From assembly GCA_017479485.1 (NCBI GenBank), contig JAFVCC010000114.1, positions 1,791-65,790 on the forward strand: a stretch of 64,000 bases of DNA, in the 5' to 3' direction. The position numbers were made by a program, and so were the translations under genes. Positions 27,158 to 35,865 of the stretch are shown here, piece by piece. How positions within the stretch are numbered: position 1 is the first letter of the stretch; the number at the start of each line of letters is the position of its first letter. A model generated the notes under the pieces. The model made no database searches, was not told the origin of the DNA, and saw only the letters and a program-made list of their open reading frames with translations. The DNA comes from Bacilli bacterium (GTDB taxonomy: Bacteria > Bacillota_I > Bacilli_A > RFN20 > CAG-826).

Positions 27158-28880
27158 CGAACTTCAGCAACGCATTCGCGTCCTTAATTTTGTTCTTGTC
27201 CACCTTTACGATTTTGCGGTCATAAGTGGTGAGGCCGTTGGTCTCTTCTTCGACGTCACTAAGCTGCGTCCAAACCATGCCCGACAACCCCTCCTCAATA
27301 AGCGGCAAAATTTCATTTTTCAAACATTTAACGATGGATTTGCGGAGTTTTTCTTGAGAGGAGAAATATTTATACGGCGTTCTCTTCGTATAGTCGCAAT
27401 GGCCCTCGACAACATGGGAATAGGCTCCAAACTCCGATAAGAGCATGATGCGCTTGCCGTCGTTTTTCATTCGCGCTTTGCGGAAATAGATGTGACGCGA
27501 ATAGAAGTCGCCGTTCTTTTGGTCGAACCAGCCGGAATTGGCATCGATGAGGCGAGTCGGATCTAGTTCCCGTAACGTTTCCGTGAGACGGACGGAATCA
27601 AATTGCCCCCACCCTTCGTTGAACAAGGTCCACGCGGCGATGGAGGGGACGTTATAAAGATGGTCCACTACTTCGGGCAACTCTTTTTCAAAGAAATCGC
27701 GGCTCTTCTTGTTCGCACGTCCAAATAAGGGGAAACGCGTCGAATCGTCAAAATGGAACGTGAAGAAGGGGCAAAGCCAGAGGAGCAGCTGCTTCGGGTA
27801 TTTGCCACCGCAGACGAAATCCTGCATGACAATAAGACCGAGCCGGTCGCAATGGTAATACCACCGCATGCACTCGATCTTGATGTGCTTGCGGGCCATG
27901 TTAAAGCCCATCTCTTTCAATAATTTAATGTCGTTGGATAGGGCAGCATCGGATGGGGCGGTTAACCCGCCGTCTGCAAAATAGCCTTGATCGAGCACGC
28001 CTTTAAGGAAATAAGGTTTGTTGTTTAATGCAAACACGCGATGTCCATTATGGACGACGGAGGAGAATTTTCTCATCGCGAAATAACTGGTGACCTCATC
28101 CGAATTCACCCGGACGCGCAGATCATAGAGGTTTGGCGTTTCGGGAGTCCATTCGCGGAAGCACGGCGCGACATCAAGCACCACAACACCGTTTTCATCA
28201 AAGCTGCCCGAGGAAACGAGGCGGCTACCAAAGTAGGCCTGCACGAGAGAAGACTCCGCGCGACCTTCAAACTTCAGCTGAATCTTCACTTTCTTTTCAT
28301 CGAATAATGGAGTGATACGGATGGACTGAATGACCTGTTTCGGAACCGATTCCATCCATACCGTGCCCCAGATTCCGGAGGTTGGCGTATACCAAATGCC
28401 GCCTCGCTTTAGACGCTGCTTACCACGAGGATAGACGTCGGAATCGGTATCGTCGTAGACATCGACAAGCAATTCGTTTTTGCCACGCTTTAGCTCCAGT
28501 AGGTCCATGGCAAAGGGCAGGTACCCGCCTTCATGGTGGCCGATTTTGACCCCATTAAGGAACACATCACACACCTGGTCGACCGCTTCGAAATGAAGCA
28601 AAATGCGACCTTTATCAAAATCCTCGGGCACCTCAAAGAAGCGGCGATAATGCATGACGTGTTTCGCCGTGACTTCTTTTTGAATCCCCGAGAGTTCGCT
28701 TTCGACCGCAAAGGGCACCAAAATGCGATAAGGGAAGACGCTGTGATTCTGCGGATCTTCGTCCAAAGAAAAGTCCCACATTCCGTTCAAGCACAAGTAA
28801 GAATCCCGTTGGAACTGTGGGGTGGGATACTCGCTGCGGGGGCAATCCTTATCGATTTTTCTGCCTTCGCTCGTCAACAT
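27138..28880 (-). CDS. Glycoside hydrolase family 2 protein (beta-galactosidase/glucuronidase-like), 580 aa
   Basis: GH2-like sugar-binding and TIM-barrel sequence (NGMWDFSL, RKHIKIECMRWYYHCDRLGLIVMQDF, WTLFNEGWGQ). The true start is ATG 28880 (MLTSEGRK...). The track ORF extends to 29102 through the divergent promoter region and into the opposite-strand gene. Confidence 0.75.
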   Translation of the reverse strand: MLTSEGRKIDKDCPRSEYPTPQFQRDSYLCLNGMWDFSLDEDPQNHSVFPYRILVPFAVESELSGIQKEVTAKHVMHYRRFFEVPEDFDKGRILLHFEAVDQVCDVFLNGVKIGHHEGGYLPFAMDLLELKRGKNELLVDVYDDTDSDVYPRGKQRLKRGGIWYTPTSGIWGTVWMESVPKQVIQSIRITPLFDEKKVKIQLKFEGRAESSLVQAYFGSRLVSSGSFDENGVVVLDVAPCFREWTPETPNLYDLRVRVNSDEVTSYFAMRKFSSVVHNGHRVFALNNKPYFLKGVLDQGYFADGGLTAPSDAALSNDIKLLKEMGFNMARKHIKIECMRWYYHCDRLGLIVMQDFVCGGKYPKQLLLWLCPFFTFHFDDSTRFPLFGRANKKSRDFFEKELPEVVDHLYNVPSIAAWTLFNEGWGQFDSVRLTETLRELDPTRLIDANSGWFDQKNGDFYSRHIYFRKARMKNDGKRIMLLSEFGAYSHVVEGHCDYTKRTPYKYFSSQEKLRKSIVKCLKNEILPLIEEGLSGMVWTQLSDVEEETNGLTTYDRKIVKVDKNKIKDANALLKFDGGNRD

Positions 28881-28981
28881 ATTATTTATTCTACCAGCCT
28901 GAAAGAAAAACGAGGGTTTTCTTAAAAGAAAAATATGGATATGGGAATTCCGTCTAACTAAGATAAGGCGAGGCCAAGAAA

Positions 28982-30169
28982 ATGGAACTATTCGAATTAC
29001 AACGAAAAATTGAAGAAAAAGGCGCGGACGCATGGATCCTCGTAGACTACGAAAATCATAACCCCGCCCTTGTTCGCTTCCTGGGAAAAAGGATGCTAAC
29101 AAGGAAAATATTCCTCGTCGTCCCCGCGAGAGGAAAACCGTATTTAATCACCCACAGCATCGATACAGTATATCTGTCCGACAAAGAGATTACCGACCGC
29201 TTTGACTTAAAGGTATATAAGACGTGGAAGCAGATGCTCGAACTCGAAAAAGAGTGCTTCTCCTCCTACCGGAAAGTATTCATGGACATCTCCGAGAACG
29301 GTCTTTTGCCACGGGTCTCTCTCGCGGATTATGGCTCAGTCGAATTCATCTCCTCTTTAGGCATCGAAATTGAATCCAGTGGGGATTTGCTGCAATTACA
29401 AACCTGCGTTATGGATGAAAAATCCTTGCAATCTCAAGTAAAAGCCTGCAAAACCTGCTTAAAAATCAAAGATGAAGCTTTTTCATTTATCGCGAAGGAA
29501 ATCCGTCATAAAGGACAAACTTCCGAGCTTGATGTCCAGCAATTTATCGCCCGACGTTTCACCGAGGAAAACATGTTCTTCGATGAGGCGCCTCTAGTCG
29601 CGATTGGACCTAACGCCTCTAACCCCCACTACACCCCGACCGAATCCGCCTATTCTCCCATCAAGGAAGGCGACCTTGTTCTCATCGATATGTGGGCCAA
29701 ATACAAAGAACCAGGCTCCGTCTATGCAGACATCACCTGGATGGGCTATGTGGGAAAGAAAGTCCCGCAGAAATATGTTGAGCGCTTCGCTATCGTTAAG
29801 GCGGCTCGCGATGGAGCGATTGAGTTCTTAAAACGTGAGCTGAAGCACCGCGACGTGCAGGCTTATGAAGTCGATGATGTCGCGCGCAAAATCATCACCG
29901 ATGCCGGGTATGGGGAATGGTTCCTTCACCGCCTCGGGCACAGCATCTATGATGATGACTCCCCCCATGGCCCTGGCGCGAACCTTGATAACTACGAGTC
30001 CCATGACACCCGATATTTGCTTGATGGCACATCGTTCTCTGATGAGCCGGGCATTTATACGCCAGAATTTGGCATTCGCACCGAAACCGACCTCCACATA
30101 CAAGGGAAGGAACTCCTCGTCGTGGGCGGGCTACAAGACGCGATTATCCCCATTTTGAATTTAGATTAA
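28982..30169 (+). CDS. M24-family metallopeptidase (Xaa-Pro aminopeptidase-like)
   Basis: Pita-bread-fold metal ligand context (LIDMWA ... DITWMGY, HRLGHSIY, SDEPGIY). 395 aa. Confidence 0.8.
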   Translation: MELFELQRKIEEKGADAWILVDYENHNPALVRFLGKRMLTRKIFLVVPARGKPYLITHSIDTVYLSDKEITDRFDLKVYKTWKQMLELEKECFSSYRKVFMDISENGLLPRVSLADYGSVEFISSLGIEIESSGDLLQLQTCVMDEKSLQSQVKACKTCLKIKDEAFSFIAKEIRHKGQTSELDVQQFIARRFTEENMFFDEAPLVAIGPNASNPHYTPTESAYSPIKEGDLVLIDMWAKYKEPGSVYADITWMGYVGKKVPQKYVERFAIVKAARDGAIEFLKRELKHRDVQAYEVDDVARKIITDAGYGEWFLHRLGHSIYDDDSPHGPGANLDNYESHDTRYLLDGTSFSDEPGIYTPEFGIRTETDLHIQGKELLVVGGLQDAIIPILNLD

Positions 30170-30429
30170 TTGGATAGGCGCAGCAGCAAAGCTTCGACTT
30201 CCGCGATTTTCGTTTTCGCTTCTTCTTCGCTTTTTGCTTCTTGGACGCAATGCTCTAAATGGGCGGATAAGACAATGGCGTTCAGCCGCTTTAATAATGC
30301 TGCCGTTGCGAGCAATTGGTTGGACACGTCGATGCAATAGGCATCCTCATCGACCATCTTGAGCAAACCGTCGATTTGCCCGCGCGCGATTTTTAATTGG
30401 CGGGCAACTCTCGCATGATCCGCTTTCAT
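30166..30429 (-). CDS. csoR: CsoR-family copper-sensing transcriptional repressor
   Basis: 87 aa with DAYCIDVSNQLLA...HLEHCV (Cys-His-Cys ligand pattern). Last gene of the copA-copZ-csoR cluster. Confidence 0.85.
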   Translation of the reverse strand: MKADHARVARQLKIARGQIDGLLKMVDEDAYCIDVSNQLLATAALLKRLNAIVLSAHLEHCVQEAKSEEEAKTKIAEVEALLLRLSN

Positions 30430-30650
30430 CAGGCGACCTCCACGAGCTTATAGCCGGCGTCGCTGATCGCTTTGTCGTAAGTCTCTTTAGAAATCTCTTG
30501 GTCGACTTTGACCGTCGCAGACTTCTTATCGAGGTCCACTTTTGCAGATTTCACTCCCGTAAGTTTTAAGAGAGCTTCCTCCACGTGGGCGGCGCAGTGT
30601 TTGCACATCATCCCTTCGATGATGAGCGTTTGTTTTTTGGACCCGAACAT
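30429..30650 (-). CDS. copZ: Copper chaperone CopZ (HMA domain)
   Basis: 73 aa, with the GMMCKHC metal-binding motif. Confidence 0.88.
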   Translation of the reverse strand: MFGSKKQTLIIEGMMCKHCAAHVEEALLKLTGVKSAKVDLDKKSATVKVDQEISKETYDKAISDAGYKLVEVA

Positions 30651-32975
30651 TTATTTATCCTCCTTTGGACGAACGAATTTAAATAAGCGTAAACGAAGTG
30701 CATTAAGCACGACCGTGACCGAAGATAGCGACATCGCAAGAGAACCAATCATCGGAGTTAAGACCAAATGCGATTGTGAGCCCGTAAACCAATTGGGCGC
30801 GACCGAGATGCCATAGAAAGCCCCGGCAGCAAGTGGGATTAGCAGGATGTTATAGAAGAAGGCCCACGCGAGATTCTCTCGTACATTACGCACCACGCGG
30901 GTGCTGAGGCGGAAAGCGGCCACGACGTCTAACGGGTCGCTTCGACCGAGGACGATATCGCTCGACTCTAAGGCAATTTCCGTTCCCGCGCCAATCGCGA
31001 TGCCGACATCCGCGCGAGTTAAAGCTGGCGCATCGTTGATGCCATCCCCAACAAACGCCACCTTATGACCGTCTTTTTGATTGGTGGCGACAATCTCTTC
31101 TTTGTTCTCGGGAAGAACTTCTGCATAGACTTGGTCCAGTCCAAGCTCATCGGCAATGGCTTTTGCCGTAAGCGCGCTATCTCCCGTGACAATTGCGACT
31201 TTTTTACCGAGCTTTTGCAGGGTTTTCACCGTAATTGCAGCGTTTTCTTTCAATTCATCACCTAAAGCGAAAAGTGCGCAAATCCCATCTTTTTTTGCAA
31301 CAAATAGAACCGTAAGGCCCTTTTTGCTTAGCGAATCGAACTCGTTTTCGAAAGCAGAAACGTCCACCCCGTAATCACTCATCAGCGCTTTATTTCCGAT
31401 AATGATACCGTTGCCTTTTACGCCTTTACCTGGGATGTTCTCAAAGTCCTCGGCGCGAGCGAAGGTAACGCCATTTGCTTCCGCATATTTCACAATGGCA
31501 CGCGATAACGGATGCTCTGAGCACGCTTCTACGCCAGTGACAAGCGGGAGCAATGTCCCTCCGTCCGTCTTGCAGACTACTTCTTTGACGGCCATCTCGC
31601 CTTTGGTCAATGTCCCCGTTTTATCAAATAAGACGACATCCACTTCTTTGGCACGCTCAAACGCTTCGGCAGACTTAATCAGAACCCCGTTTTCCGCGCC
31701 CTTTCCAGTGCCGACCATAATCGCTACAGGCGTGGCTAAACCAAGCGCGCAGGGGCAAGAGATAACCAACACGGAAACCGCTAATTGAAGACTGAGATTG
31801 AAATCTGGGCGAGACGATCCGACTACGCCAACGCCCGAAAGTGTCATCCACAGAACGAAAGTCAGCAAGGCAATGCCGATGACCGTAGGCACAAAGACGG
31901 AGGAGATGCGGTCCGCAAGACGAGCTAGAGGCGCCTTAGAATCGCTCGCTTCCTGGACGAGGGCAACAATTTTAGCAATCGTCGTGTCCGCCCCCACTCC
32001 TTCAACAGAGAAAACAAAGGACCCCTCTTTATTCACTGTGCCGGCGACAACTTTGTCTCCGGTTGTCTTATAAACCGGTACGGATTCTCCCGAAATTGCG
32101 GATTGGTCCAAGCTTCCATAGCCTGAAAGAATCGTTCCATCGACAGGGACCGACATGCCGGGTTTGACGATGACTTGATCCCCCTCTTGGACCTCCTCTG
32201 TCTGCACTTCGACTTCCTTGCCTTCGCGAATTACGATAGCCGTGTCCGGAGTTAAAGCCATAAGTGAGGCGATGGATGCGGTCGTTTTATTCGTAGCCCG
32301 GGCCTCAAAATATTTGCCCATAGAGATAAAAACCGGAATCATCGCGGCAGACTCGAAATAAATATTCATCGAATGTTCCATGACCGCCATGGAGTCGCCC
32401 GTGATAAACGCGATCAGCAAACGGACGAAGATATAAAGCCCGTAAACAATGGATACCGTTGAGCCAAGGGCAACCAAGGAATCCATGTTTGGATGGAGTT
32501 TAAATAAGGACTTAAAGCCCGAAGTAAAATGATGGAAATTTAACGCGATGATTGGGACGAGCAACACCATCTGCGCGACGACATTGAGGAGCAAAATCAA
32601 CGGCATTTGCTCCGCGTGATGGATTGCATCGTGTACTGCGGGAATCATCGGCCCCATGGAAAAGACCATCAATAACGCGAGCAAAATTAAAGAGATGACC
32701 AACCGATTACGGGTTTTCTTTAATGCTGCATCACGCTTAGCTTGAATTGCGCGGATGGACTCATTGACATAGATTGAGCAGCCATAGCCCGCAGAAGACA
32801 CGGCATTGATGATTGCTTCATCGCCGATTTTGGATGGGTCGTATTCCACGACCATGTTTTTGCCCAACAAAGAAACATTCACCGCTTCTACGCCATCAAG
32901 CTTGGCTACAGCACGGTTTACGTTGGCCTGGCAAGCGGCACACATCATGCCGGAGACATCAAATTTTTTCTTCAT
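30651..32975 (-). CDS. copA: Copper-translocating P1B-type ATPase
   Basis: One N-terminal HMA domain (GMMCAAC), a CPC transmembrane motif (SCPCALGLATP), the DKTGTLT phosphorylation site and GDGINDAP. Confidence 0.93.
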   Translation of the reverse strand: MKKKFDVSGMMCAACQANVNRAVAKLDGVEAVNVSLLGKNMVVEYDPSKIGDEAIINAVSSAGYGCSIYVNESIRAIQAKRDAALKKTRNRLVISLILLALLMVFSMGPMIPAVHDAIHHAEQMPLILLLNVVAQMVLLVPIIALNFHHFTSGFKSLFKLHPNMDSLVALGSTVSIVYGLYIFVRLLIAFITGDSMAVMEHSMNIYFESAAMIPVFISMGKYFEARATNKTTASIASLMALTPDTAIVIREGKEVEVQTEEVQEGDQVIVKPGMSVPVDGTILSGYGSLDQSAISGESVPVYKTTGDKVVAGTVNKEGSFVFSVEGVGADTTIAKIVALVQEASDSKAPLARLADRISSVFVPTVIGIALLTFVLWMTLSGVGVVGSSRPDFNLSLQLAVSVLVISCPCALGLATPVAIMVGTGKGAENGVLIKSAEAFERAKEVDVVLFDKTGTLTKGEMAVKEVVCKTDGGTLLPLVTGVEACSEHPLSRAIVKYAEANGVTFARAEDFENIPGKGVKGNGIIIGNKALMSDYGVDVSAFENEFDSLSKKGLTVLFVAKKDGICALFALGDELKENAAITVKTLQKLGKKVAIVTGDSALTAKAIADELGLDQVYAEVLPENKEEIVATNQKDGHKVAFVGDGINDAPALTRADVGIAIGAGTEIALESSDIVLGRSDPLDVVAAFRLSTRVVRNVRENLAWAFFYNILLIPLAAGAFYGISVAPNWFTGSQSHLVLTPMIGSLAMSLSSVTVVLNALRLRLFKFVRPKEDK

Positions 32976-32979
32976 TCTA

Positions 32980-32996
32980 ATACCCCCTGGGGGTAT
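32980..32996. promoter_or_regulatory. CsoR-type operator: perfect palindrome ATACCCCC-T-GGGGGTAT immediately upstream of copA
   Basis: An 8-1-8 inverted repeat of the GC-tract type bound by CsoR proteins (TACCC...GGGTA-like). It lies between a candidate promoter (TTGCGA, 16 nt, TAAAAT; plus-strand coordinates 33001-33028) and the copA ATG, and it contains the G-rich RBS. Confidence 0.75.
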
Positions 32997-33036
32997 CTAT
33001 ATTTTAGGTATTCGGCAGCGCCTCGCAAGCGATATG

Positions 33037-33074
33037 CAAAAAAGAAACGGCAGGCCTATGGATACCTGCCGTTT
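33037..33074 (-). terminator. Rho-independent terminator of hsp20
   Basis: The minus strand reads AAACGGCAGG-(10 nt loop)-CCTGCCGTTT followed by CTTTTTTGC. Confidence 0.8.
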
Positions 33075-33092
33075 CCCTAGAGAGGAGGATGA

Positions 33093-33500
33093 TTATTGAA
33101 TGGCGATGCGGGTAGGCTTCGCTTCTTCGGGCTGGACTTTGGGAGCGACGATGCTCAGCACGCCGTCCTTGTAGGACGCCGAGATGGCATTCTCGTCCAC
33201 CTCGCCAAGGTAGTATTGGCGGGACGCTTCGCCTTGGAAGCGTTCGGCACGGAGTAATTTGAACTCGTCTTCTTTCGCTTCCTCGGTCTTCACGGCGACG
33301 GTGAGGTAGCCATCTTTGTAGTCGAGGGTGATGTTCTCTTTGTTGAACCCCGGCATATCGATGTCGAGGCGGTAGGCCTTTTCGGACTCATAGACGTTGG
33401 TCCTCATGGCGAAGCGGCCATAGTTGGTGGTGTCTTTACCAAAGAGCGCGTCGATGAAGGGATCGAGGTAGGAAGAGGAATTGCAGTTGCTATAGATCAT
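33093..33500 (-). CDS. Hsp20/alpha-crystallin family small heat-shock protein
   Basis: 135 aa with an alpha-crystallin domain (YRLDIDMPGFNKENITLDYKDGYLTV ... ASYKDGVLSI). Strong SD. Confidence 0.88.
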   Translation of the reverse strand: MIYSNCNSSSYLDPFIDALFGKDTTNYGRFAMRTNVYESEKAYRLDIDMPGFNKENITLDYKDGYLTVAVKTEEAKEDEFKLLRAERFQGEASRQYYLGEVDENAISASYKDGVLSIVAPKVQPEEAKPTRIAIQ

Positions 33501-33528
33501 AATTTTAATCTCCTTTTTGTTTCGGTTT

Positions 33529-33555
33529 TTAGCACTCTCATTTCCTAAGTGCTAA
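33529..33555. promoter_or_regulatory. CIRCE (HrcA operator) element, promoter-proximal
   Basis: The gene strand reads TTAGCACTT-N9-GAGTGCTAA, one mismatch to TTAGCACTC-N9-GAGTGCTAA. It lies just downstream of the -10 box. Confidence 0.8.
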
Positions 33556-33559
33556 CCAT

Positions 33560-33587
33560 ACTATAGCCCTATTTTTAGCAGTGTCAA
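33560..33587 (-). promoter_or_regulatory. Sigma-A-type promoter of hsp20 (TTGACA, 16 nt, TATAGT)
   Basis: The minus strand reads TTGACACTGCTAAAAATAGGGCTATAGT. The -35 box is embedded in the distal CIRCE element. Confidence 0.65.
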
Positions 33588-33601
33588 TAGATGAGTGCTA
33601 A
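33575..33601. promoter_or_regulatory. CIRCE-like element, distal, overlapping the -35 box
   Basis: The gene strand reads TTAGCACTC-N9-CACTGCTAA. The left arm is perfect and the right arm has two mismatches. Confidence 0.6.
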
Positions 33602-33728
33602 AAATTTTTCTACTTTTGTTGCCCTCACGTGCGCGTGTCAAATATATGTCTAAAAGAAGCCCACGGTTTCTAAAATTCGCGTTAAAAATCGGGCTTTTGA
33701 GGAGTTATATTGATTTTTTGCAGCGTTT

Positions 33729-34169
33729 TTATCTTGCGGAGGATTGTAGGCGAAGAAGTTCGTTATAGATTTCTCCCTCGTATGAAATAAAGTCCGGGAG
33801 CAGGGAAAATGTTTTTTCTTTGCTCGCCTTGACTGAGTTTTCAAAAAGCCGATTGAGGTTCTGGCAATAGCTTCGAACCGCCCCAATGATGCCTAACGTC
33901 CTCCAACAATAATATAGGTAGACTGCGGATTGATATACCACCTCTGGGCCTTCCTTAAAGGGCATGTCGTTGAATTGCGCGACAGTCGGTTCTACGCCCA
34001 TGATGACGTCGCTAAGCACCTTTGCATAAAACGCATTGGCAAGCATGAAGTTCCGTTCGATTGGATATTCTTCTTTGGTGCGGTATAAGGGCATCGCACA
34101 TTCGTGCACCTTATCGTTGAGGAAGTCGATGAGACGCGCTTCCACATTGGTTCTATTTTCGCATGGCAT
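33729..34169 (-). CDS. Hypothetical protein (146 aa), no recognisable family
   Basis: An ORF with an ideally spaced AGGAGG, although that SD lies inside the lysS terminator stem. I recognise no motifs. Confidence 0.4.
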   Translation of the reverse strand: MPCENRTNVEARLIDFLNDKVHECAMPLYRTKEEYPIERNFMLANAFYAKVLSDVIMGVEPTVAQFNDMPFKEGPEVVYQSAVYLYYCWRTLGIIGAVRSYCQNLNRLFENSVKASKEKTFSLLPDFISYEGEIYNELLRLQSSAR

Positions 34170-34199
34170 AAAAAAGCCTCCTACTCACTTATAGGAGGC
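34170..34199 (-). terminator. Rho-independent terminator of lysS
   Basis: The minus strand reads GCCTCCTA-(8 nt)-TAGGAGGC followed by TTTTTT. Confidence 0.75.
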
Positions 34200-34222
34200 A
34201 AATTCGATTCAGGCTAAAGAAG

Positions 34223-35707
34223 TTATTTCTCGTCCCTCATCGTGGGGAAGAGAAGGACTTCGCGGATGTTGTCGACATTGCAAAGCAACATGCAAAGACG
34301 ATCGATTCCTAAGCCAATGCCACCGGCGGGAGGCATGCCATAACGCATTGCGTCGAGGAAAGAGAGGTCCATGTCGTTGGCCTCTTCATCGCCCCTGCCC
34401 TTCGCGGCGAGTTGCGCCTCGAAGCGCTCCCTTTGGTCGAAGGGGTTGTTGAGCTCGCTATAGGCATTCGCGAATTCCATGCCACAGATGAAGATTTCGA
34501 AGCGGTCCACGAAGCGCGGATCTTCGGTCTTCTTGGTTAGCGGCGAGACTTCGATCGGGTAGGTGTGGACGAACGTCGGCTGGATTAAGGTCTTTTCGAC
34601 GAATTCATCAAAGAAGGCTTGGATGATATAACCGACGGAATTCCAGGATTCCTGGAGGGGAACATGGCGTTCTTTGGCAAGCGCGGCGGCTTCTTCGAAG
34701 GACATTTCTTTGCGGAAATCGATACCCGTGGCCTCCAAAATGGCGTCGCACATGGAGATGGATTTAAACGGAACGGAGAAGTCGAGTTCGTGCTCGCCCC
34801 AGGTCACCTTGTCCGTGCCAAGGATTTTCTTCGCGAGCATTTTGAGAAGGTTCTCCATCCATTCCTGCATCGAACGAAGGTCGCCATAGGCTTGATAGAG
34901 CTCGATGGTGGTGAATTCCGGGTTATGGCGAGTGTCGATGCCTTCGTTACGGAAGATACGGCCGATCTCATAAACCCTGTCGATGCCACCGATCATCGCT
35001 TTCTTGAGGTTAAGCTCGGTCGCGATACGGAGGTAGAAGTCCTTATCCAAGGTATTGTGATGGGTGATAAACGGACGAGCAGCGGCCCCGCCAACGATCG
35101 GAGAAAGGGTCGGGGTTTCTACTTCGATGAAGCCAAGATCATCGCAATAACGGCGAATCTCTTTGATGATCGCTGGACGCATAATCGCGATGCGGCGGGA
35201 ATCATCGTTGACAATCAAGTCGAGATAGCGCTTGCGGTAACGGTCTTCCGTGTCGGTTAAACCATGGAATTTCTCCGGAAGCGGCTTTAAGCATTTGGTG
35301 ATATGGGTATATCCGGTGACGCGGATGGTGAGCTCGCCAGTATGGGATTTCATCAAGGTACCACGGATGCCGACGATATCGCCGAGGTCGGCAAGTTTAA
35401 AAATGGTGTAGCTCTCTTCGCCAACAACGTCGCGGCCGAGCCAGCACTGGATGGAGGCGTATTCGTCCTTGAGGTTCACAAATGAAGCCTTGCCCATGCG
35501 GCGAATCGCCATAAGGCGGCCGGCGACATCAACTTCCACGTTTTTCGCGGCAAGTTCTTCGCCATCCATATCCGCGTACTTAGCGCGAATGTCGCAAATG
35601 CGGTCCTTCCAATCGTATCGACTGCCGAAGGGGTCGACGCCGAGCTCTTCATAACGCGGGAGCTTGTCGACGCGGGCTTGTTCTTGATCTGTCAGTTTCT
35701 CTTCCAT
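34223..35707 (-). CDS. lysS: Lysine--tRNA ligase (class II)
   Basis: 494 aa with an OB-fold N-terminal domain and class II motifs (FRNEGID, GIGLGIDRL). SD is AGGAGG. Confidence 0.95.
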   Translation of the reverse strand: MEEKLTDQEQARVDKLPRYEELGVDPFGSRYDWKDRICDIRAKYADMDGEELAAKNVEVDVAGRLMAIRRMGKASFVNLKDEYASIQCWLGRDVVGEESYTIFKLADLGDIVGIRGTLMKSHTGELTIRVTGYTHITKCLKPLPEKFHGLTDTEDRYRKRYLDLIVNDDSRRIAIMRPAIIKEIRRYCDDLGFIEVETPTLSPIVGGAAARPFITHHNTLDKDFYLRIATELNLKKAMIGGIDRVYEIGRIFRNEGIDTRHNPEFTTIELYQAYGDLRSMQEWMENLLKMLAKKILGTDKVTWGEHELDFSVPFKSISMCDAILEATGIDFRKEMSFEEAAALAKERHVPLQESWNSVGYIIQAFFDEFVEKTLIQPTFVHTYPIEVSPLTKKTEDPRFVDRFEIFICGMEFANAYSELNNPFDQRERFEAQLAAKGRGDEEANDMDLSFLDAMRYGMPPAGGIGLGIDRLCMLLCNVDNIREVLLFPTMRDEK

Positions 35708-35794
35708 GAGGGAGTCCTCCTAAGTGGCGCGTGTATCTTATCGCACCCACGAGGGATAATCTAGACTCGTTGCATTATGCAACGACAAAAACTG

Positions 35795-35830
35795 AGGCAA
35801 AAAATCGAAAAATCCCCGCAAAAAACGGGG
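35795..35830 (-). terminator. Rho-independent terminator of glyA
   Basis: The minus strand reads CCCCG-TTTTTTG-CGGGG followed by ATTTTTCGATTTTTTGCC. Confidence 0.75.
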
Positions 35831-35865
35831 ATAACCATGCAAATCACAAATATTTGCAGCGATTT

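Noticed and set aside
28881-29102. The N-terminal 74 codons of track ORF 27138..29102, treated as part of the GH2 protein.
   Set aside because: GH2-like sequence starts only at MLTSEGRK (ATG 28880). The extension crosses the promoter region and overlaps the opposite-strand M24 peptidase gene.
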